64,000 nucleotides of DNA from Hyphochytrium catenoides (Eukaryota > Protista > Hyphochytriomycota): positions 1 to 64,000 of the forward strand of contig FLMG01000787.1 of the NCBI GenBank assembly GCA_900088475.1. The letters are read 5' to 3'. The notes under the pieces are model-generated. The model was not told the origin of the DNA. It searched no databases and saw nothing but the letters and a program-made list of their open reading frames with translations. How positions within the stretch are numbered: the stretch's first letter is position 1; each line of letters opens with the position of its first letter. Below are positions 22,920 through 34,589 of this stretch, piece after piece. The position numbers and the translations under genes are program-made.

Positions 22920-25618
22920 ATGATGTCACCAGAGAGATGGGCGGAGTACGAAGTAGTGTGGGAACGAGGGCCGTTGGGTTTTACTCTTGGTATTTCAGAA
23001 GCAGGATATCCACGGGTGTCTCGACTTACTGCACAATCCGCAGCGACCAGTGCCGGGGTTCAGCCCGGCCATGAACTGTTAGCTATTGATGGGGTGCCTG
23101 TAGCAAGCTATGGGTTTGAGCAAACAGTAGAGGTACTGAAGACAATAGCGAAACCCGGTACGTAGAGTTTGTCCTGGCTCTTGCCATGGCATCCTTGCTG
23201 ACTCATGTGTCGTCCATCTACGACCCAGTCGTCATTCGATTAGCAGGTCCAAGGCCAGATTTAAACCCGACATGTATCCGTGATGGCGGGTATTATACTG
23301 TCATATGGAGCAAAGGCAGCCTCGGCATTACGTTTACAAAGTCATGTGCAGTGCTTGGTAAACTTGATGACTGTTTCCAACTCAACGAAGACATCTTCTT
23401 AGCGCTGACTTCTCCTTTACGATATCTAGGGAATATTCCTACTGTCAAAGAAAGTCGTCTGGGCACTTGTCCAGGAGTCCAGCAAGTAAGTTCTGGAGAC
23501 ATCCTGGTCAGCCTAAATAGTGAAGAGACCTCTCATTTGGGCTATGAAGCAACGATAGAATTGTTAAGAGTTCTTGCCAAGCCTATTTATCTTCTCTTCC
23601 GGCGTCTGGAACGCAGCTATGACGTTGTCTGGGAGACCCGTGCAGGTGCACTGGGCTTCTCTTTCAGCCCTTCACAACGCAATGCATCAGCTGCGATTAG
23701 GAGGTTCACCACTGGGCCGAGCAGCGCCAATGGTCTTCAGGAAACACGTGTGGGCGATGAGCTATTGGGAATCAATCAGATTCCTTGCCATGGCTTCCTA
23801 GTTGACGATATCAATTTTGGTATGGTGGTAGAGATGCTATCACAGGCCAAGAAGAGTAGCCATACTATTGTGCTAACCTTCATAAGCTGTGGGACTGGAC
23901 CTCCTCCTCCAGCAACACTATTGAGAGGCCCTGCGGAGGTATTAGCTACTCCTTCGCCACTTTCGGAAAATAGTCCCGGCGCCTTTGAGAACTACCATCA
24001 CGGAACGGGTATTAACATACCCGCACAGCTAGCAGTCCCAGACAGCTACCTTACTTCTCGTAGTGATATGCCGCCACCACCGGGTTCGGGGTCCAATTTC
24101 CCGTTATACGCCGGTAGTATGGACCAGCGACGAGGTTCAGAAGCCCAAGTCACCACAACAAGGCACACTACTGCTGCTCCAGCTCCCGACTTTCAACAAC
24201 CTCTAGAAGGGGCCGGCTCTGGAAAGCTGCTACAAATGCCGTCGCAGCACTCACCGCACCTCGCAATCGGGGATGAAGTGAGTACTTCGCAACCACATGA
24301 CTTGCCTTCAACGGGACGACGACATGCGCACGAAGTCGTTGACACCTTCGCAAAACCCAAGCTGATAGAACAGGGTTCGACAGTTGCGTCAGGGCGCAGA
24401 AGCAGGTGGTCCCCTTCTCAGCACAGCCACTCAGAAAGAATCAACCGAATGGCATCTGATGGGCAAAGCCACCATCAGTTAGACTTGCGGTCAACATCCG
24501 ACAGAGGCCAGTTACCAGATATGGGATATTCTCCCGCCGAAGCCGCTGTCATGTCAAATAGGGCTGAATCTCCGGAGCACCTCTCAGATAGAGATACTGA
24601 CTTGAGAAGGCTTGAAGCTCTCAAAGAGAGGCTGAAAGCGGCGTCACCGACGATAAAGCAAATGAGGAAGCCTTCCGTTCCCGTGGAAACGAGAGGCGAC
24701 CCAAACAAGAACTCCCCTATCGTCCCCAGCCTAGTGTCCAAGAGCCCTGACGCAGAGAAGGGCCTTGTTCAAGAGCAATCGCCTATGGAGGCAGTGCTAG
24801 AGCCCTCTTCTAGCAGAGATCAAGCGTCGCGTGTAAGAGATCAAGACTCACTTTATGTTCAGGACCAACCCATCCCAGCGGCTAAACTCAAGGTGGAGGA
24901 CAATCTTTCGTCGTCTCCAATCCGATCGAGTTTGAGCGGATCATTGCAGGAGAAAGCGGCTCCCCTTCCGATGGCTACCGCCCCTGTCGCTAAGGCAACG
25001 AAGATAGATGAGCCACTCACGGTCAAAGTAGTAGGACAACAATGTGAGCTACGGCATAACGAGGAACCCCACTCTATGATGCAAAGCGAGAAGAAATCTA
25101 CGCCTTATTTGGAGAGCCCTGAGCATGAAGACTTGGGCATGAGATTTCTCCAAGATAGTGCACGTCCACCTGCTTGGCAAGAGAAATCAGGACTATATGA
25201 CGAGGAAGGTGGAGGATCACGTACAAAAGAGGTGGAGCAAAGCGCCAGCTTAAAGAAAGATGAACCCTCCCAGAGAGAGGTACTTCTACGTGAAGCGCAG
25301 ACTTCGTCGTGGGAAAGCACGGTAACAAAGCCACCCTCCGCTAAGCGGGAGAATGAAGACCGGAGCCATCGCAATGCGATAGAAGACCTGGAAAGAGTAG
25401 AGGCAAGAGAGAGAGCCAAGGAGCTTTTGGCTTCGCTCAGGTGAGACAAGAATTATAACTTTCAAATCGAGCGGCGGTTGCAAGAAAGCACATCTTTAAC
25501 TGGGACACGTAGGCTTGTGGATACCTCGCAGGGCTTTGTCCCTCCTAACGACGATTTTTCCGAGTCTGACTTCGATTCTGAAGACGAGAGAATTGACTTT
25601 GTCCCGGGCATCTTTTGA
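22920..25618 (+). CDS. Triple PDZ-domain protein with long disordered C-terminus (start may be further upstream)
   Basis: Three Y-x-V-[VI]-W...LG-hydrophobic PDZ starts: YEVVWERGPLGFTL, YTVIWSKGSLGITF and YDVVWETRAGALGFSF. Matching later PDZ elements are PGHELLAIDG, SGDILVSLN and VGDELLGIN. Introns lie near 23158-23228, 23358-23429 and 25441-25512. The last exon ends FVPGIF* at 25618. Confidence 0.88.
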
Positions 25619-26727
25619 CTGGCCATCGTCGAACCGGGTAGTTCAATCAGCAATCATCTTCGTTTCTGTATTGGGTGTCTCTCTAAGCCCTTATCTGGCA
25701 GCCCCTAAATCTCTTTGAGGCTCGAGGAAGCATAACATGGGGTGCCCTACCTAAGAAGACGCTGGTACCGAAAGGGCTCTACAAACTCCGCACACTGACC
25801 GCACCACTATTGTCAGTGGTTCTCTATTTATTTCTAATAGCATCGACGAACTAAAGCAAATTCAGGGGTTGCTCCCAAAGCCAACCACTGATTATAGAAG
25901 GAGTTCTTGGCAATTTAAAGTATAGGTGGTTACTTCTGAGAGGACGTTATCATCACGTTATGCCCGGCGCATTTGATACGGTCGTTATTACGGTCCTTAC
26001 AAAGTCCTCTTCAAACCGACATCGGACTGGACGCACCCAGGATGACATCTTCCCGGCAAGTCGAGACTTGCTCGCCTCGGCCGATGGCTGGCGGAATGCA
26101 GCGGCTGAGGCCTCCTCTGTACCTCGGGCAGTGCTTTTCTCTGCTCAGATAATGACACGACCCAGCCCGTCTGATGCTAATAATAAGGCTGCGCATGGGG
26201 TTCGCCAGGCCCGGGCCAACGACCACATATGGCAGGGTTGCAGCCCGGATGACCCCAAGGGTGGCCGCTGGAGTTCTGAAAGATCCATGCGTTGCTCTGC
26301 TTATCTGCTAATGAGCAAGGGTAAAGGCCGATGATGAAGCTCACACTATACTGATGAGCTCCATTGACCATTAGGAAGGGTTAGTTTGCCCTGTAGTCGA
26401 TGTGTTTGGATGTTCGGGATGTACAAGACCATATCACCATATCCTCCATCTCTTCTCAACTTCTTCACTCATTCAACATCAAAACAGATGTGTCCAGAAT
26501 ACAGATAGATATCGTCCTGGTTTTGCCATTGTGAGGATGAAGGAGTGCGTGAGGGAGCAGCTTGGTCGGCGTGATTGTTAGGGGCGGCTTGGATCTGAAG
26601 AGCTCTTTTGGATTCTCTTTGGCATGGAGATCTTCATTCGTCAGCTCTCGGCTTTTGAAGCTCACTTCAATCTTGGCGAAGAGATTCCCATAAGAGACCC
26701 TACGGCCCCTTTTGTAATTGATTAAGG

Positions 26728-28054
26728 ATGTATAGGAACCAGTATGACACCGATGTAACCGTATGGAGCCCACAAGGGCGGCTTCATCAGGTCGAATATG
26801 CCATGGAAGCTGCGAAACAGGGCTCTGCATGTCTAGGTGTTGTCTCTAAGAAATACGTGGTCCTTGCAGCACACAGAAGGTATATTTGGGTGATGTTATG
26901 CAAAGTACTGTTAACTCATAGCGTACTTTAGGGCCCCTGCTGCGGAGTTGTCTAGTCATCAAGACAAAATTTTCAAGATTGACTCGCACATCGGCATTGC
27001 CATCTCAGGCATCACAGCGGACGCCCGGTCTTTAGCAAAGTAAGCCTTAACCCTATTGCTGGAACGTAGTAAAACACTAAAGGGCATCCTAGGTACATGA
27101 GAATGGAATGTCTAAACCACAGATACGTCTTTGGATCGACCATTCAAGGAAGCCGATTAGTCACGCAAGTAGCGGACAGTACGCGCTTCTGTACCTAATT
27201 CTTCCTTGTCAGTCCTGTTGACTTGTTATTATCTTCTGGCACCATAATTCTTTTGCAGAGCATCAGCAGTGCACACAGATGTACGTCCGCAGGCCTTACG
27301 GGGTCGGTCTTCTTGTGGGTGTCGTAGATGTGAGTGTCATGATGTCTCTCATGAATTATGTCTCCTTTTACTAATTTATTTATTCCAATCTATGCCTCTC
27401 TTCTAGCAAACTGGCACCCATCTGTACCAGACTTGCCCGTCCGGAAACTTCTGGGAGTACAAAGCAATCGCCATTGGGTCCCGGTCACAATCCGCCAAAA
27501 CCTATTTGGAAAAACACTATGAGAGCTTCGGGCCATGTAAGTTGTAGCCTAATGACCTCAGGCTCCTGGTCTTCTCACGCAGAGAATTCGGCAGTGGAGA
27601 AGAATGAGCTGATCAGACATGCGCTACAAGGCCTTTCCACCACGCTTCAAGGGGACGATGTACGTAAAAAGGTTCCCGTGATGCCTGAGACGATTACTTT
27701 CTGACCAGTTTCACCCTTGTACTCATATCAAAGGAACTTAACGCAAAGAACACCTCGGTTGCTGTAATTGGTGTGGGTCAAGATTACACGCTGATTGAAG
27801 GAGCAGAGCTCCAACCCTACGTAAGTGCGATTGAATGTAAGGGATCCATAACTGCCACTTACTCCTGTTCTCTTGCAGCTTGACGCCATTGAGGTCGCAG
27901 CCGCTGAAGAGGTAAGTCGATGATACTTTTTATTTTTTGGTTATCGGACTCTTCCTTACCAGAGAACCGTCCTTTCCTCCCAACTCCTAATGCCGTCACT
28001 ACTTATTCTCTGTAGCCTGCTGGAGAAGAAGAAACTAAGATGGACGAGTCTTAA
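26728..28054 (+). CDS. PSMA1: Proteasome subunit alpha type-1 (alpha6); 9 exons
   Basis: [29 protein letters not shown]-terminus, plus [42 protein letters not shown] and acidic C-terminus ...KMDES*. Confidence 0.97.
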
Positions 28055-28290
28055 TGAGTTAAGGTCCTGCTCTTATGGATGTACCTACAGGGGCGGCAAT
28101 GCGATCTGAGAAGTGGGTACAAAATAAATATTGTCTAAGATACGATCAGCGTTGAAAGCCGGATTTCTTGCTTTGCACCTGGCCTGAAGAACGAAGATCT
28201 CCTTCATGCTAAAACGCAGAAAAAGTGGTCGCCGACAGCTAGCTAACCGGGGTCTAACTCCTCGAGCTGCTTTGAAGACGTCGCAGTCAG

Positions 28291-28920
28291 CTAGTTTAAG
28301 TGAATTTTGATCAGCTGTTGACCCGGAGTGTCTTTCTTTGACAAAATAGACCACCTTCTTGGCTTTCGAACACTTGCTGGCGCTTGAGATTTCCTTCCGC
28401 CGTCCTCTTGCAAGTTGCCATACTTGATCAGTATACCGAGCTTTCCAGGCTCACTTGGACTGTCACCGATAGACAAGGGCTTGAAGTTCCATAAAAGCTT
28501 CCTCCAGCACGTGAGAATTTTGCACCATCGGCGGACAGCATCCCTTGTAGATGTGCTCAGGATGAGCTGCTCTACCTTTGGTTCTAGCTTGAGGACGAAC
28601 GATTCGGTTGACTCGCCATGGCAATTCTTCAAAGTTGCGCCTAAGCCTTTTACTTTCTGGGATTTGACTATAAAGCGGTTTGGGCATGCTCCAAAGGCCT
28701 CCTCCATTGGCCTGACAGTTATTTTGTGTCCCAAGAAAGGAATTTCCTCTACCAGGGCTCCTCCTTTGCTTTCATAGAGGCTGAGGACTCCGCCATCGAA
28801 GACAGCATAGCATATTGACGCCCGCTTTCCGGTCATTGAGTGCCGCAATACATATCCATGTGCCATCATGACTCTTGTCGTGGGGTGGACTACGAAGGGT
28901 TCCCGTGTATGCAGTGCCAC
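28291..28920 (-). CDS. Small stand-alone PH-domain protein (start uncertain; first ATG about 28870)
   Basis: HGYVLRH (beta1), CYAVFDGGVLSLYE (beta2/3), PNRFIV and C-terminal helix STRDAVRRWCKIL with the conserved Trp. Confidence 0.75.
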   Translation of the reverse strand: MALHTREPFVVHPTTRVMMAHGYVLRHSMTGKRASICYAVFDGGVLSLYESKGGALVEEIPFLGHKITVRPMEEAFGACPNRFIVKSQKVKGLGATLKNCHGESTESFVLKLEPKVEQLILSTSTRDAVRRWCKILTCWRKLLWNFKPLSIGDSPSEPGKLGILIKYGNLQEDGGRKSQAPASVRKPRRWSILSKKDTPGQQLIKIHLN

Positions 28921-31176
28921 CGCCCGATGAAGGAAAAAATCTAAGCAGTGACGCCGAAGAAGAGAGATGGGCGCGGCGACACAGCGAGGGCAAGCAAACG
29001 CTCAACTGAGAGAGTTAGAGAATGTACACCGGATGCGACGTTTCTCCAAGCTCTTCGGAAGTGTTGGCAATATCAGAGCATACCTGTGGTGGACTTATCC
29101 TGCCTGTCCCAGATCGTGAGTGAGCCATGAAGTGACAGAGAAAGCCACCGGACTTCCCTAACTTCTCCTGCAACCCGTGCCTGTTGGAGTCTTGGTTGAA
29201 GATGAGAGAGGGGGTTGGAAGGCTGATAATTGTATCAGATGATCACGATAAATAACACGGTCGTTTCTGAAAAGGAGATTCAGGATATGGACCGAGCCTT
29301 TGCACCTGATATCAGATATCACGCACTCTATTTATGATGTGCATGACAGGTTACAGATGGGTTCCGTTCTGATGATTCTGATGATGATGGCTGGCTCTTC
29401 AGGCGCTCTTGCCATTGCCACTGACCTTCGTCGATAGAAGGCTATGTAGGATCAAAGAGGTTGGTGAGGTGAGCTGCAGTGCATCAGCGCCCGGCGCCCG
29501 GGCCCTTGCTCCTCTACCCTCCGCACACTCATCATCCAACACTAGAAAGGCACGGCTACTATGGATCAACCAGTCGTCAAGCCACAGCAGCTCCTCTTTA
29601 GCTCAGTTGATATTGCTCTCCTAACGCCTCGCTAAATACATGCGAATGCTCTTGCTTGCCTTGATAGATATCGTGGTGAATGGTTGGAAGTTTGCTACAT
29701 AGCCGCGTTGGACTGTTAGGGACTTCTTCAATTTTGGTATGTGTACACAGATCGGGGATTATAGACGTTAACACCGATTCATCCACCGTCATCAGCTGTG
29801 GTAGAAACTATCTGTTCCTGTGCAAATATCCCGGCCTTCACCACAGGAGACGGGCCTCACAGAAGTCCACGCAGAAACTCTGCGCTGCAATTGCTACGGC
29901 CCGGTCCTGGAATGCTGGGGACTTCCGTGGTGATCCATTTGCGCCGACTGACGAGGGTGGAAGAGATGCTGTAACGATCTGTCCTTCCGGTGATGATGTG
30001 CATGTCGTGCGGCCAGATACCGATAAGTGACCCACAAATCTATCGAAGAGTCGATAATATTCTAGGATAGTAGTGCACCATTAGGTCGAAAAGACAAATA
30101 GCACAGTGAGTGCAGAGTCAAACGAGAATAAGAGTAGCGGCTTCTGCTGACGTTTGCCCCATAGTAGCCCCGCGTTTATTGTCCATGGCGTCATAATATA
30201 TCAGGATGCTTTCCATGGTCTCCGAAGATGATGTTAAAAGAGCTCTGTCGAGGGTGGGGATGGTGGAGCGGAGGTGAGGATGTTGGTAGAGAGCAGGCTG
30301 ATGGAGACGAGAAGCTTTATGACCTGTGGGGCCATTCCGTCAAGCCAAGAGGTGCCCACTTCGAGAACGGATAAGATGAATGCCCCGACCAGCAAGAGGG
30401 TTGACACACAGCACGCTGACGAGGAGACACAATACGCGACCTCACAATTGCGAGACCATCGTATTCGTAGGATATGGATGAAGAACCAGCAGAAGAAGAT
30501 CTGAAGCCATGGCCAGAAGAAGTAAAAGCTCAAACTAAGAAAGCCTGAGCCAGAAAGGGAAGGAAGGCCTGTCACCATCTCAGGAAAGAGGCAGGTCTTC
30601 TCGGACTGGCACCCCAAGTGCCATTGTGGAGCTACAAGAAGGCTGTGCTGTGTTGCTTGGTCACAGCTAGCCTTGTGTGGCGTTAACCTTTATCAATGAC
30701 AGACAGACACACACAGACCCATAGACAGAATAGCTCTCCTCACCAAAGTGGTTTCGATTTGCGAGACTCTTCCTCCTTCTACTCGCATTTAGTGAGACGT
30801 TTGCCCAGAGATGAGGTGACTGACTTGGTAGAATGCTACCTTTCCTGTAGTAAGAAAGGAGTCCTGTCTGAGTGAGCACTAGTTTACTATCTCCTAGGTA
30901 GGCGCTCCCAGCCCGCAGGGTAGCTGAAAGCTGCTCCTCCAAGGTGACACTGACTAATTGCCTACACAGGATCTAATTGTCGGATCTTGGACCCCAGGCT
31001 GCTGTTTTTGGAGACTTTATCGTACAGACTGGACTTCTTCCACTGCCTCTGCCACGGTCGTTAGGACAGAGTGCGGAATACAGCTAGAATTAATGTGACC
31101 GTATATTTACAGTGTTGCAATGTTGCCCTGCAGCCTCTTCTTCCAGGGCACAAACTGGGTTGAAGTGTCTAGATGA

Positions 31177-34029
31177 TTACCAACTGGAGAAGTCCTTAAA
31201 TTGTGTGGTCGCGACCGGCTTATTGCTAGGTATTGGCGCTGGAGGGGCATCGACGCTAGCTGGGCTTGCTTCATTTGATGCTGGCATATTAGCCTTCAGG
31301 TATTTTCCGACTGGACACGTCACAAGAGCCAAGATATAAGACTGGCTCCACATTAAAGACAGTGTGCTATAGAACTCCGCTAGGAGATTATTAACATACC
31401 TCTCTTCTCCTGGGCCCCTGCGGTTGATGGGGCTGGGTTACTAAACCACTTGCGTTTTTCCTGGAACGAGATGACCCATAAGTCCGTAGTAAGGCAGTTT
31501 GATCCTAGACCCTGTGGCAGGTGAGAAGGATTACCTCATTCTCCTCCTTTTGTTTCAGAGCTGCAGCCTTTTCCTCCTCGTCGCTGCTTGCCACCTCCTT
31601 TTCCTCCCACTCTCTAAAGGGGTTCGCAAAGACTGTCGTCTTGATGAATTTGACAGATTCCAATGGTCGATCCTGGTCGTCAGTAGCTAAACTCTCAATG
31701 CTAGCGAGTACCTCAAGGCCTCCTACTACCCTGCAGTAGTAATGGGTGTCAGCACTCCAGCGTCATCGTGGTCCATCAAAGGGCCGACATACCTGCCGAA
31801 GACGCTGTGCTTGTAGTCCAAGTGCTTGGCGCTCTTAAAGGTTATAAAAAACTGTGACCCATTAGTGTTGGGTCCCGAATTCGCCATACTGAGCACTCCT
31901 CTCGAGTCGTGAAGCTGACAGCGAACTTAAATACCGTAATCTGGCCACCAGCGGAGGCTTTCCTTACCAATCTGCTATCATACTCATCCTTGAACGGTTT
32001 GCCCCATATGGACTCTCCACCCCGACCCGTTCCAGTTGGATCCCCTCCTTGGACCTAAAGGGAAGTCCTCTTAGACAGAGAATAAAGGAAGACATTGGTA
32101 GCTACAACGACATACCATGAAGTTCTTAATGACACGATGAAAGAGTACCCCATGGTAGTACTCTTTTTCGCAAAGGCCAAGGAAGTTGTCACACGTCCGG
32201 GGGACCATGTCACAGTGCAGCTGTGGCCACGCATAACTCTTAAGACTTCTCTAAAACAGTTAATGTGCATTCCATACCTCTAGATTAATCGCTCCAAAGT
32301 TGGTCTCCAGCCGCACATAGCCCTTCGTCTTCATTTTGCGAACTTCTTGCCACCGTCTCTCCAATAGCTCAGCATCTGATGCTACCGCGAACTGATTCCG
32401 TGTGACCTGGATAAAGTGCCCGTAGATGGATGTGAATGGACTTACTATTGAGGCAAGTTTGAGAGATTGGCCTTACCGGTGCCATCGTGGTAGAGGTCAG
32501 AGAGCCTGATACTTTGTTGGTTGTAAACTGGGAGTACTGGATAGAATGTAAGGTCCTGCGCACCGCCCACTGAAGTGAGTTCATTCTTACCACCAGCTTG
32601 GACTTTTTCCCAGCAGGCTCCACCGGCTCTTGAGGTAAGCTTTTGTGATACAGCGAAGCTGCAATCTTTTCCTTTTCTGTAAGTTCTATTTCGCCGGTTT
32701 CCCGCTTTCTCTTCTCATCCTTCCATTTAGAGAGCTATCGACAGAAGCAGACACAGTGTAGCCTAAGTAACCCCTTATATGCCAGGGTAGATAAGAAAGC
32801 TGAAGCTACCTGATTCAGTACCCGCTGTGTTGAGGTGCTCGCTCTCACACCTTGCTTTGCCTCTTCTGCAGTCTGTATTTTATTGCAGCAAGGAAGATGA
32901 AGACGGGTATAAGCATGGAGTGGGATACATCTGATAGGGACGTGAAAGCGACCCGCAACAGTAGTGTGAACAGGTGTTCTCTGACGCTTTACCTCAGTGG
33001 AGCTCCTAGCCTTCTTCAGATGCTCAAAGTTGCTGATCTCCCTTTGTTCTGGATGCTGGGGATCTTGGATGGTGATTATATCGGCCTTCGTAAACTTCTC
33101 CCCTGTCAGGAGGTCCTAGAAGACTTGCTTCTGTTGGCTCTTTGAATAGAGGGCATCTGCTGTTTACTAACGATTCCTCTGGAAGCTATCATTGTGCATA
33201 CGGTCATATATCCTCTACTAACCTCCCTCTTTCACTACTTTGCTCTGTCCCTCTGCCGTTCGTCTATAAAGCTTCTCTTCATGAATCCCCATGCTCACTT
33301 ACATTGAAGTTCTTTTGCTTGACGTTTAACTCTTTGACCACGTCGTACGAGAACACATTCCCAGACGGACGAATAGCCACCAAGTAGGTATTATCACTAA
33401 ACTCCTGAGCACAGATTAGCAGGGTTGACTATCAAGAAGAGTTGAGCTCACGACGAACCTTGTAGGTGATGGGGTCAAAATACTTCCCCTCCTGGTTCTT
33501 ATGGAATTTTAGCTGGAACAAAAGGTGATGTCAAAGGCCATCTTAGAATGTCTATAAGCTCCACCTATGAAGCGCTTACGTGAATAAGATCTTTGGGTGA
33601 GAGCGCCTTGCCAGTGACCGGGTTCTATCAGGATACCACGCTTAGTACATTAGGGGTAGGCGGACTAGAAGCTTCGTACCGTCTTATGTTTCCGAAGGAA
33701 AGGCACGATATTGACGAGGTCGAAAACATGACCTTCTGGGGTGCAGACCGGAGTCTAACTCCAACACTGTTAGCTCAAGAATAAAGTAGATTGGCACATG
33801 AAGTAGCAGCTTCTCACGCACCTCGAAGGGAGCAAGAGAAAGCGCACAGCAATTGAAAGGTAGCCCTACCCAGGCTAGCGTTAGTCGCCGTACAGTTATC
33901 TCTGCACACTAGAGAAATCCTCTTACTTGCAAATTGTTTCTCTCGCATAATGCTCTTCCCTCCATAGAGCATCTTCTGCTCCGTTGCAGTAACGAACATC
34001 CTATCTTTGGAGTGCTGATTCTTCCCCAT
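31177..34029 (-). CDS. PPIL2: U-box/RING cyclophilin PPIL2 (Cyp60), multi-exon
   Basis: [46 protein letters not shown]; cyclophilin core FHRVIKNFM|[46 protein letters not shown]; C-terminal VGKYLK...FKDFSSW*. Confidence 0.96.
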
Positions 34030-34589
34030 GGTGAGTGTCCTCAATGAGTCACGTCGTAATAACTAACAACTATGCGCCCCCTATCTATTCGTCGACGTCA
34101 ATGCTGGTTTGCCCCAAGGAATCTCTTCAATCTTCTATTAACCTAGGGAGGCAGAAAGTGTCGTCTCGTGCTTGGGATGAGAATAGTCAGTCGTCTTCCA
34201 AAGTGACCGCTGTCTCAGGTCTTCATACTCGAGGATGCCTGAAGCTCTTCTTCTTGATGACATCTGAATGTCGCTGCTGGCGGTTAGCGGCTCCAGGATT
34301 TATTCCAGACATCATTAGTTTATTTCCTGAATACATGGCAAAGTAGACTGTGATATTCGGAATATGTAGTGGTTGTGGAAGATTTTGATGGCGTGGAGAT
34401 GATCGTCCAGCCCATCATCTCCTCTTGTAAGAGGGATCAGAATCTCTGTCTGTTTAGTGCTGGCGATGTATTGGAGAGTGACAGCTGGCTTGAAGACCTG
34501 TGGAGCTTCAGTTGAGAATTATCTACTCGTAGAGATTCTCTGGCTAGCGTACGTAGAAGGAGTAGAGTACTGGTGAAGTTCCGGGAGTC
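34030..34589. promoter_or_regulatory. Compact divergent (probably bidirectional) promoter region between PPIL2 and GCN1
   Basis: Head-to-head ATGs 560 bp apart. Confidence 0.5.

Noticed and set aside
26331-26400. ATGATGA...CTGATGAG, resembling a C/D snoRNA or hammerhead core
   Set aside because: There is no properly placed GAAA or stems for a hammerhead, and no terminal D box, terminal stem or recognisable rRNA guide for a snoRNA.
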